A stretch of DNA of 64,000 bases, taken from the NCBI GenBank assembly GCA_963749155.1, contig CAVVLO010000005.1, forward strand, positions 160,001 to 224,000, read 5' to 3'. The position numbers and the translations under genes were made by a program. Positions 20,185 to 28,111 of the stretch are shown in pieces; the stretch's first letter is position 1; every line of letters starts with the position of its first letter. Source of the DNA: an uncultured Armatimonadia bacterium (GTDB lineage: Bacteria > Armatimonadota > Zipacnadia > CAVVLO01). The notes beneath the pieces were generated by a model. The model ran no database searches. It was given only the letters and a program-made list of their open reading frames with translations, and was not told where the DNA came from.

Positions 20185-20218
20185 CGGAGTTCCCTTCCAG
20201 TTGCCTTATCCCTGCCGG

Positions 20219-21838
20219 TTAATAAGCAGGAGGATACGTTTGCAAGCCGCCTTCAGGCCAGGCAATGCCAGTGGCTTTCCAGCTTGACTGGTCGGAGGCG
20301 ATCACCGTATGCAGGCGGAAGTGCTGCTCAGCTCCTGTGCCAAGCTGGGTCCATATATCGAGCCAGACTTCGGCAGCCGGGGTCGCCAGGGTGCGGCGAC
20401 TGACCATCGCGCCATAGGTGCCCGTCTGGCCTGCGCCCGCATCAAGCCGAATCCATTCAGTCGCGCCTTCGGTCGCCACATCGCCCAGGAAGTGCATCCC
20501 TGCGTTGTTCTGAAGAAGCCAGTTGCACCAGCTTCCCGTGGGCGAGACCATTGCGATATCAAGGTTGGCGGCGCCAGTCCAGGTTATACCGACCAGCACA
20601 TCGGCGGAGCTGACAGGAGGGGTGGGCACATCAGGCCCTGGCGGAGCCGGCTCTCCGACGATAAAGGCGCCTTCATCTCCAGAGGCTGAGCCATCGTCCA
20701 CCAGGTCGGTAGCCTCGTCATACAAGCCATTGCCATCCAGGTCCAGCACAAGGTCATAAGCTCCATCGGGCAGCGTGCCTGGAGACACAAGCGTGGCTGT
20801 CATAGCGCGCGAATCCGGCTGCAACGGGATCAGCTCGGGGTAGCCTTCCACATCGGCAAGCGTTGCGCCCTCCTGCCAGTTGGAGTTATGCGCGGCGATA
20901 TAGCAGGGCACACTGGCCAGGCTTGTGGCCAGAGGCCCGGAATATACAGGATAGAAGGTGCAGTAGACGGCCTCGCCTGACTCGAAGCCAGTTTGCGCCT
21001 CACCAGTCGCATCCGAGGCTAGCCCTCTGGTGGTGGCGGTTCTGGAGGCGCCTACCACGAAGCCTGGGCCAGTTGCCCCGTCCAGCAGGTCACTGTCGTC
21101 CAGTTCTCCATCGCGGTCCATATCCACAACCACATCATACCGGCCCGAGACAGGGGTCTCCCAGAGCTGCAGAATCTGGTTACCAGTGCCGGTAAACACA
21201 TCTTTGGGGCTGCCAATAACATCGAGCAGGCTTTCACCCTCGCTCCAGTCATCTCGGTCGGTTACAACATAGACGGTAACCAGTTTATCGACGGGGAGAT
21301 GCTCGAGGTGAAGTGCGACAAGCTCAGAGCTTTCTTCGAAGAAGTTCTGCAGATTGCCTTCCGCATCCGAAGCATAGGCGCGCTTCCAGAGATTGCTGAC
21401 CGTATATTCGCGAGTCTGCTCGGCTGCGCCCTGCGGTTGCCAGTGCAAAGTGTAAAGGCCTTCGGTGAAAGCGACAGAGCCACTACTCCTGCTAGTGCCA
21501 AGTTCATAGGCTACAGGGGCGGGGGGCAGGTTGCCCTGGGCATCCGTGCAGAAGGTAGCTTGCCAGACGGTCTGGTTGTCCGGCGCCACAAGCCAGAAAT
21601 GGACACTTGGCGCATCAGCCGACCGGGTCACTTCGCTGGCAATAAGAGTCGTCAGCGGCGATATTGAGCCATCAGGGGGCGGATCAGGATCATCGGGGGG
21701 CTCATAGGGGGGCGGTTCGTCTCCTCCGCCACCCGCGCTCATACCACAACCGGCCACCAACAGGGAGAGCAATACGAGAAGAAGCGGTACCAAAAAAACT
21801 GCCAGGGCAGTCCGTTGCCTCAACAGCACAGGGCTCAC
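20219..21838 (-). CDS. Acidic lipoprotein with two internal repeats carrying DxDxD/NG loops and a C-terminal YfaP/DUF2135-like domain
   Basis: Lipobox LVAGC; Pro-rich linker; repeats GRYDVVVDMDRDGELD..DLLD and GAYDLVLDLDGNGLYD..DLVD; VLVGITWTGAANLDIAMVSPTG. Confidence 0.65.
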   Translation of the reverse strand: MSPVLLRQRTALAVFLVPLLLVLLSLLVAGCGMSAGGGGDEPPPYEPPDDPDPPPDGSISPLTTLIASEVTRSADAPSVHFWLVAPDNQTVWQATFCTDAQGNLPPAPVAYELGTSRSSGSVAFTEGLYTLHWQPQGAAEQTREYTVSNLWKRAYASDAEGNLQNFFEESSELVALHLEHLPVDKLVTVYVVTDRDDWSEGESLLDVIGSPKDVFTGTGNQILQLWETPVSGRYDVVVDMDRDGELDDSDLLDGATGPGFVVGASRTATTRGLASDATGEAQTGFESGEAVYCTFYPVYSGPLATSLASVPCYIAAHNSNWQEGATLADVEGYPELIPLQPDSRAMTATLVSPGTLPDGAYDLVLDLDGNGLYDEATDLVDDGSASGDEGAFIVGEPAPPGPDVPTPPVSSADVLVGITWTGAANLDIAMVSPTGSWCNWLLQNNAGMHFLGDVATEGATEWIRLDAGAGQTGTYGAMVSRRTLATPAAEVWLDIWTQLGTGAEQHFRLHTVIASDQSSWKATGIAWPEGGLQTYPPAY

Positions 21839-21959
21839 TCCTTATAGAGAGATGCCCTTTCAGTATAAGAGAGGTTTCGAAACTGTAAACGGAGATAAAG
21901 TTCTTTATAAGGTCACAAAAGGCAACGAAGCAATAAAGCTCTAAGGGTTTCGGCTCAGT

Positions 21960-22745
21960 TTAATGTGTCAGTTCGCTGAGTAGCTCTTCCATCTCAGATT
22001 CGGGCAGACAGGAGGCCACCACAACAAGGACATCGGGGTTGACATAAGTTGCCAGCAGACTGCCGTTTTCCCAATGCGCCCGATACAGGCGCTGACCTTC
22101 AAACTCTTCTACTTCCATTTTGTCGAGGGCAATCAGATTGGCTGGCGCTGAGTAAATTGCGCAGGACTTGTCGCCTTTCTGCAAGACTACATAAGGTATG
22201 CGATAGCCTCCAATTGACCAACTGCCAACGCCTGCCAGACATGTATCACCGCACTCAAGCTTGGACGGGTCGTCCTTTTCACAGCCCACCAGGTTGGTAA
22301 ATTCGGCACAAGCCTCAGGGAAGCTTGCATCGGTAGCCTTGATGAGTTGCTCGGGTTGCCGTTCGGTGGTCTGATAATGCTGGAAAAGCTGATCGGCATC
22401 TACGGGGGCTTCGGTGTTGGGGTGGAAAAGCAGGAGAGCCATTGCGACGAATACAATCATCATAGGGACAAGCGCCATTGCCGGAGCAAACCTGGCACGC
22501 CTGAGAGGAATATGGGAGCTAGTTTCCTGGTCCATAGCTGACTCAAAGCGGGCCCAGAAAACCGGTGAAGGCTCACTGTGCAGATCGCCTGCGCGAAGCC
22601 GCTGTTGCAACAAGGCGAAGTCTCGATAGGCGGCGCTGCATTGCTCACATTCAGCCATATGGGCCTGAATCTCAGTGCGCTCTTTTTCGGTCAGTTGGCC
22701 GTCAACAAGAGCTGATACTTGCTCAAGGCGCTCTTCACAATTCAT
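21960..22745 (-). CDS. zf-HC2 membrane anti-sigma factor
   Basis: MNCEE...LVDGQL...HMAECEQC, a TM helix and an extracytoplasmic domain; directly downstream of an ECF sigma. Confidence 0.85.
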   Translation of the reverse strand: MNCEERLEQVSALVDGQLTEKERTEIQAHMAECEQCSAAYRDFALLQQRLRAGDLHSEPSPVFWARFESAMDQETSSHIPLRRARFAPAMALVPMMIVFVAMALLLFHPNTEAPVDADQLFQHYQTTERQPEQLIKATDASFPEACAEFTNLVGCEKDDPSKLECGDTCLAGVGSWSIGGYRIPYVVLQKGDKSCAIYSAPANLIALDKMEVEEFEGQRLYRAHWENGSLLATYVNPDVLVVVASCLPESEMEELLSELTH

Positions 22746-22756
22746 GGCAGGCTTTC

Positions 22757-23323
22757 CTACTTGGCATAGGTTTTTGAGGCTTCAAGCTTCTCTTTCATCA
22801 TAGTCCTGGCTCGCGAGAGCCTCGATCGCACTGTGCCCAAAGGAACCTTCATAACATCGGCGGCTTCCTCATAAGAAAGCCCTTCTACTTCGCATAACCA
22901 CAAGGTAGTGCGAAATTGTTCCGGCAGGGAGTCAATTGCTGCCTTCATTTCTTCACTCAGGCGCGCATCCATTGCCAGTTGCTCTGGCGAAGACGTATCC
23001 GCCATAACCGCGCTACGCTCCTGGTCGAAGTTCTCCCCGTCCATTGAGTCGATTGCCGGAGCGCGTTTTTGCTTGCGATAGCTGTTGATATAGGTGTTGA
23101 GGACTATCTTCAAAATCCAGGCCTTGAAGTTGGTGCCTTTGCGGAACTGGTGGAAGGCCCTGAAGGCGCGCAGCAACGCCTCCTGCATAAGGTCTTCGGC
23201 CTCATCAGGATCGCGTGTGAGCCGCAAAGACGAGCTATAGATAGCTTTGCGATGCTCGCGAACCAGGTTCTCGAATTCGAGGCGTTCGTGGCCATTGGCC
23301 TTGCCTCGACCGAATCCAAACAA
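22757..23323 (-). CDS. ECF sigma factor (SigH/SigR-like)
   Basis: AEDLMQEALLRAFRAFHQFRKGTNFKAWILKIVLNTYINSYRK; SYEEAADVMKVPLGTVRSRLSRAR. Confidence 0.9.
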   Translation of the reverse strand: MFGFGRGKANGHERLEFENLVREHRKAIYSSSLRLTRDPDEAEDLMQEALLRAFRAFHQFRKGTNFKAWILKIVLNTYINSYRKQKRAPAIDSMDGENFDQERSAVMADTSSPEQLAMDARLSEEMKAAIDSLPEQFRTTLWLCEVEGLSYEEAADVMKVPLGTVRSRLSRARTMMKEKLEASKTYAK

Positions 23324-23343
23324 GAAAAGAGCCTCCCGTCTGT

Positions 23344-25278
23344 CTAGCTCTGGGGCGCCTGCAATTCGGTGGTCAACTCTCGGGCGGCGATGCTCGAGAT
23401 TATGGCGACCATCTTAGAGCTTGCGCCAAAGTCGCGCAACATCTGCGCGCGGAAGCCGCGGGTGCCCTCGGCTACAACTGTCTCCGCGTTCCTTCTGCCG
23501 CTGCGTCCGCCAGCCAGCGCAAGGAAGACTTCGCCCATATCGGGGTTCTGCTCCATCGCTCTGACCACATCAGCAAGTGGCACGTTCAAGGTCCAGGCGG
23601 AAAGCCGCGCTGCCATTGCTCTTTCTCTGGCCGTGGCGGGGGTGGTAGAAAGACTGAGCGTCCACTGGGCCTGGCGTGCGCGGGCCACATACAGCTTGTC
23701 CAGGCCGGCCTCGAGTTGCTCGCGGACGTCACTGAATTCCTCAAGGACTTCGCGGTTAAGCTCTCTCGCCAGAGAGGCTTCCAGGCCATATTTGACCAGT
23801 TCGTCCTTATCGGCCCGGCTCAGCGCCCGAGCAGCCATCCGGAGCGTCTTGCCTGCCTTATCCAGAGATTTGGCCGCTGGAGTGATGGCCGCGGTGGCCT
23901 CTGAAGTCTCCATCGCAGCTTGCTCGAGGTCCTCTGTCAACGCTTCGAGATAACCTGCTGGCAGTTTACCGGCCAGTGCCAAGGCCTGGGCGCGCTCAAG
24001 CAGCTCTCCACTGGTATCCAGTTGGCGCGTCGAATCGGTCTGAAGCTTCGAGAGGCCGCTTGCCATAGAACGCAGAGTCTGAATGCTTTCGGCGACGGCC
24101 CCCAAGGTCTCTCTTGCGAAGGCGTTGCCTTTAATCTCGTCTTCTCCCAGCAATTCATTCGCGTGGAAGGCGAACTCCTCAAATTCAGGCAGCTCCATCA
24201 GGCTGGAGACGAGTCCCGTGGTTGCCGCCAGGGTCTGGCCGCCTTCCCGCAGGGCTGCCGAGGTTGCCGTATCAGCCTTCGCAATCAGTGTCTCCACAAA
24301 CTGGGGAGGGCTTTGAACGCCAGGCAGAGGAGCCAGCACTGCGAACATGCGCGCCCAGTCCGCCGCCTCAGGATCCTGGGCAAAATTGCCAGGGCCATAA
24401 GCGGTTGGCGTCTCTTCGCCCACCACGTAAGCTGCTCTCAGCAGGCCAGCTTTTGCTCGCAGGTCGCTCGGATCGACCTGCAAGGCTTTTTCATAGTTGC
24501 GCAGGGCGGTATAGATAAGCCCCCGGTTATACTGCAGGTCGGCCAGTTTTACATATTGGCCGGGAGAACCAAGCTCGGCAGGATTGCGCTTGAGCAGGCC
24601 CTCAAGGCGGCTGCGGGTATCCGGATGGGTGCTCATCAGGCGCTCGAGGCGCGAAGGCTCATCATCGTTCAGCTCGAGCAAAGTCGCCATAAAACCTGTC
24701 AGGCCATCTGGATCGAAGCCACCCCGCAAGGTAAACCGTGCGCCCATCTTGTCAGCTTCGCGCTCATGATCGCGGCTGTAGCTGAGGAAGACCAGTTGCG
24801 CGCCTAGCCCGACGATAAGGGCAGTCGCATCGTCGTTGATATCCAGTTGACTGAGCACCAGATCGGCCAGGATGGAGGTCTTGAGGGTGTCCCAGCTATG
24901 GTGCTGGGTCACATGGGCCAGCTCGTGGCCGATGACCCCAGCCAGCTCATCGGTGCGATCGGCGCTTTCGAGCAGACCGCGATTGATATAGATATATCCG
25001 CCAGGCAGCGCGAAGGCATTGACTTCGCTGTCATCCACGATGCGGAACCTGAATCTGAAATCCGTATTGCCCGTGGCTTCGGCAATAGGCCTGGCAACGC
25101 GCTCCAGATAATCGTTGGCGAGCGGGTCGCCTTCCAGGTCGTAGGCGGACTCGATGGCGCTGCTATAAAGCGAGCCAAGCAGCTTCTCCATCGTGGTGCG
25201 CAACGAGAAACTGTACGCTGCAGTAGCCAGCGCCAGTATTACAAGCAAGACCAGGCCAAGCCTCAAAGTGTGACGCAT
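23344..25278 (-). CDS. M48 (BepA-like) zinc metallopeptidase with TPR and long helical C-terminal extension
   Basis: Signal peptide, VNAFALPGG, GHELAH (HExxH), YSRDHEREAD, STHP, TPR-like ALRNYEKALQVDP. Confidence 0.85.
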   Translation of the reverse strand: MRHTLRLGLVLLVILALATAAYSFSLRTTMEKLLGSLYSSAIESAYDLEGDPLANDYLERVARPIAEATGNTDFRFRFRIVDDSEVNAFALPGGYIYINRGLLESADRTDELAGVIGHELAHVTQHHSWDTLKTSILADLVLSQLDINDDATALIVGLGAQLVFLSYSRDHEREADKMGARFTLRGGFDPDGLTGFMATLLELNDDEPSRLERLMSTHPDTRSRLEGLLKRNPAELGSPGQYVKLADLQYNRGLIYTALRNYEKALQVDPSDLRAKAGLLRAAYVVGEETPTAYGPGNFAQDPEAADWARMFAVLAPLPGVQSPPQFVETLIAKADTATSAALREGGQTLAATTGLVSSLMELPEFEEFAFHANELLGEDEIKGNAFARETLGAVAESIQTLRSMASGLSKLQTDSTRQLDTSGELLERAQALALAGKLPAGYLEALTEDLEQAAMETSEATAAITPAAKSLDKAGKTLRMAARALSRADKDELVKYGLEASLARELNREVLEEFSDVREQLEAGLDKLYVARARQAQWTLSLSTTPATARERAMAARLSAWTLNVPLADVVRAMEQNPDMGEVFLALAGGRSGRRNAETVVAEGTRGFRAQMLRDFGASSKMVAIISSIAARELTTELQAPQS

Positions 25279-25329
25279 CCAAAGCGCCTCCTCGGGATTA
25301 CCCGCACGCTCGATCAACCGCGCGCTCGA

Positions 25330-26340
25330 TTAATCGAGCACTCGCGCGCCCCTTCTCTTTATTGTAGCAAAGGCGTCCAGATCCAGCCCATCTGGCGGCC
25401 GGACTCTGGCTTCGAACCAGGCTAGCGAAGCAATTGTTGCGCCGGTATCGCCACAGAGAGCAAGCGGCGGAATCCAGAGCCTGAGCCCAGCCACTGCCGC
25501 GCGCTCGGTAGCCAGGGCGCGCAAGGCACTATTGGCCGCTACGCCTCCGGCCAGGGCGATACGCTCCAAACCTTCTTTCTCGGCGGCTGCCACCAGTTTG
25601 GCGGAAAGCACATCAGCCACCGCCCACTGGAAAGATGCCGCCAAATCTGCTTGCGAAAGGGCTTTTCCTTCGCTGCTTTCTAGTAGACGAAAAACTGCAG
25701 TTTTAAGTCCACTGAAGGAGAAATCCCAGGTTCCTGGCAGCCAGGCCCTCGGGAGCGCCGCCCTCTTTGGATCTCCCTGGCCGGCAAGCTGATCGATAAT
25801 CGGCCCGCCAGGATAGCCCAGGTTCATCAGCTTGGCGACTTTGTCGAAGGCTTCGCCCGCAGCGTCATCGAGTGTAGCGCCAAGGACCTGGCTCTCGGTA
25901 TAGTCGGTAAACAGGTTGAGCTGAGTATGGCCGCCAGAGGCGATTAGCGCCAGATACGGCGGCTCGATTGGCTCCTCCACCAGATAATTGGCGGCGCAGT
26001 GGGCCGTCAGATGATCTACTCCATATATTGGCACATCGAGAGCCAGTGCGTAGGCCTTCGCGGCTGCAACTCCCACGACCAGCGCACCGACCAGCCCGGG
26101 CCGGTTGCAGACGCCGACCGCGGAAACCGCCTCGAAGCCCACCCCAGCCTCGGCCAGCACCTCCTCGACGAGGGGCCCAAGTGCCTTCAGATGCTGTCTC
26201 GAGGCCACCTCGGGCACCACGCCCCCGAAAAGCCGGTGGACGTCTATCTGACTTGCCAGTTTGCTTGCGATGAGGGTCCAGCCATCGCTGACAAGCGCGA
26301 CGCCGGTCTCATCGCAAGAGGTCTCAATTCCTAAAACCAA
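25330..26340 (-). CDS. tsaD: tRNA N6-adenosine threonylcarbamoyltransferase
   Basis: LGIETSCDET, GGVVPEVASRQH, HLTAH, SGGHT, DDAAGEAFDK, FSFSGLKT, GGVAAN. Confidence 0.96.
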   Translation of the reverse strand: MVLGIETSCDETGVALVSDGWTLIASKLASQIDVHRLFGGVVPEVASRQHLKALGPLVEEVLAEAGVGFEAVSAVGVCNRPGLVGALVVGVAAAKAYALALDVPIYGVDHLTAHCAANYLVEEPIEPPYLALIASGGHTQLNLFTDYTESQVLGATLDDAAGEAFDKVAKLMNLGYPGGPIIDQLAGQGDPKRAALPRAWLPGTWDFSFSGLKTAVFRLLESSEGKALSQADLAASFQWAVADVLSAKLVAAAEKEGLERIALAGGVAANSALRALATERAAVAGLRLWIPPLALCGDTGATIASLAWFEARVRPPDGLDLDAFATIKRRGARVLD

Positions 26341-26863
26341 CGTCCAGTTGCTCCTCGAGCGCGCGGGTCAGGCCAAGCAGGCGCTCTCGGCCCTCGGGAA
26401 AGCAGAGCCCCTCGAGCACCGCGACCAGCGCGTCTTCTCCGTTATCTTGATAGTACCCTCTGCGCACCCCAACCACTACGAAACCATATTTATCGTACAA
26501 GTTTTGGGCCACAGTGTTGCTCTTGCGAAATTCCAAAGTCACTCTTTCAATCCCTAACTCAAGCCCTTTTAATAGCAGTCCGAGCAAGGTCGCCTCGCCG
26601 AGTTTCTTGCCGCGCCAGTCAGGATGAGTGGCGATGGTTGTAATATGCGCCTCTTCAAAGGCGTGTTGCATACCCGCCTGCGCCACAACCTGACCGTTCT
26701 CCGAGCAGACGATATAGTGACAAAACCGGGGCCTGGCCAGCTCAGCCAGATAAGCCGCGTGGCTCCAGGGTTGCGCGAAGCTCAGTCGCTCTATCTCCAT
26801 TACCTCGGGCAGGTCGCGCAGACCCATCCGCCGGATAATATATCGCGGTATCCGGGCGCTCAT
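26324..26863 (-). CDS. rimI: Ribosomal protein S18 alanine N-acetyltransferase
   Basis: IERLSF..PWS, EAHITTIA, WRGKKLG, LEFRKSN, RRGYY...EDAL; located between tsaB and tsaD. Confidence 0.9.
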   Translation of the reverse strand: MSARIPRYIIRRMGLRDLPEVMEIERLSFAQPWSHAAYLAELARPRFCHYIVCSENGQVVAQAGMQHAFEEAHITTIATHPDWRGKKLGEATLLGLLLKGLELGIERVTLEFRKSNTVAQNLYDKYGFVVVGVRRGYYQDNGEDALVAVLEGLCFPEGRERLLGLTRALEEQLDVGFRN

Positions 26864-26866
26864 CTC

Positions 26867-27568
26867 TCAGTCCACCGCCAGTCCAAGAGCGCGTTCAGCC
26901 TGAGAGCGATATACATAAATTGGCGCGCAATCACGAAAACCAGCCGGCTCGGGCGCGCCCGCAAGGATTTTTTCAGCCGAGGTCAGGATATGCACAGCCA
27001 GGGGATATCCCTCAGGTAGCAAAAGGGCCTCACTCTCCAGTGCGGCCAGCGCGCGTCCTGCTGCTGTGCCGATGGTCACGAGCCGCACGCCTTTTGCTCT
27101 GGCTTCTGCAAGCCGCAAGGTCAGCTCTTCCAGTGGAAGGCCTTCGACCGGGGAGGTCTGGCACCAGCCAGAAGATTCGGCAGAGTACGTTGCCAGATAA
27201 TACTCTGAGGCGAAAGCCGGCAAGACGCACAGTACTTCTCCAGCCTTGTCCTCAACTGCCCAGGCAAGCGCCAGCAGGCTGGGGATACCGTAGCAAGGCA
27301 GCCCAAGGGCTTGCGAGAGAGCTTTGGCGGTTGCGACACCGATGCGGATACCGGTGAAAGAACCCGGCCCGATGCAGACCGCAAGCGACTCGACTTCACC
27401 AAGTTCGCAGCCTGCTTCCTCGCCTAGCCTTTTGAGGGCGGGGGCCAGGCTGGTCAAAGTCTCGCGCGGCGTTATCAGCTCGGAAGTGAAAAGACTCTCC
27501 CCAATTTTCAGCGCAAGCGAGAGCGTCTCACTGGTAGTCTGGATCGCAAGCAAGGCGCTGCCCTCCAA
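26867..27568 (-). CDS. tsaB: tRNA threonylcarbamoyladenosine biosynthesis protein TsaB
   Basis: LAIQTT, GPGSFTGIRIG, C-terminal PIYVYRSQAER. Confidence 0.92.
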   Translation of the reverse strand: MEGSALLAIQTTSETLSLALKIGESLFTSELITPRETLTSLAPALKRLGEEAGCELGEVESLAVCIGPGSFTGIRIGVATAKALSQALGLPCYGIPSLLALAWAVEDKAGEVLCVLPAFASEYYLATYSAESSGWCQTSPVEGLPLEELTLRLAEARAKGVRLVTIGTAAGRALAALESEALLLPEGYPLAVHILTSAEKILAGAPEPAGFRDCAPIYVYRSQAERALGLAVD

Positions 27569-28031
27569 GTGCGGCCTGAAGGTATTCGATAAAGTCTTCG
27601 GGACCTTCGAAACTGACTAACCGCTCATCAGGGCTTTCTCCGTACGCGAGCCCCACGCGCAGTGCTTGCTCGGGCGCGAGGGGGCCGAGTTTTTCAGCCC
27701 ATTCGATGGCCAGCACGCCCTCTTCCGCCAGCTCTTCAAGCCCCAGATCGGCTATCTCGGGCAGGCTTTCCAGCCTGTAGAGATCAAGATGGTGCAGCAC
27801 CTGGCTGCCTTCGTAGCTCTGGATAAGGCAGAAAGTGGGGCTGGTGACCCTGTCGGGACAATCCAGAGCGTGAACAAGCCCTCGCACGAGCACAGTCTTG
27901 CCGGCCCCAAGTTCGCCGGCCAGAAGCAGCCAGTCGCCAGGCCTCAGCGCGCGCGCCAAAGCAATCCCGATATTTTCAGTCTCTTCGGGGCTGCAACTCG
28001 TTATTTCCAGCTTTGCAAGGGGTTTCTCCAC
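27528..28031 (-). CDS. tsaE: tRNA threonylcarbamoyladenosine biosynthesis ATPase TsaE
   Basis: GELGAGKT, VTSPTF, HLDLYRL, IEWA. Confidence 0.95.
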   Translation of the reverse strand: MEKPLAKLEITSCSPEETENIGIALARALRPGDWLLLAGELGAGKTVLVRGLVHALDCPDRVTSPTFCLIQSYEGSQVLHHLDLYRLESLPEIADLGLEELAEEGVLAIEWAEKLGPLAPEQALRVGLAYGESPDERLVSFEGPEDFIEYLQAALGGQRLACDPDYQ

Positions 28032-28111
28032 AGGGAAGGATTATATCACGGTCGCCCTGACCGGCAGGGCTTTATCACTTGCCGGCCAATTATCAGGAGG
28101 AGGTGCCTTCG

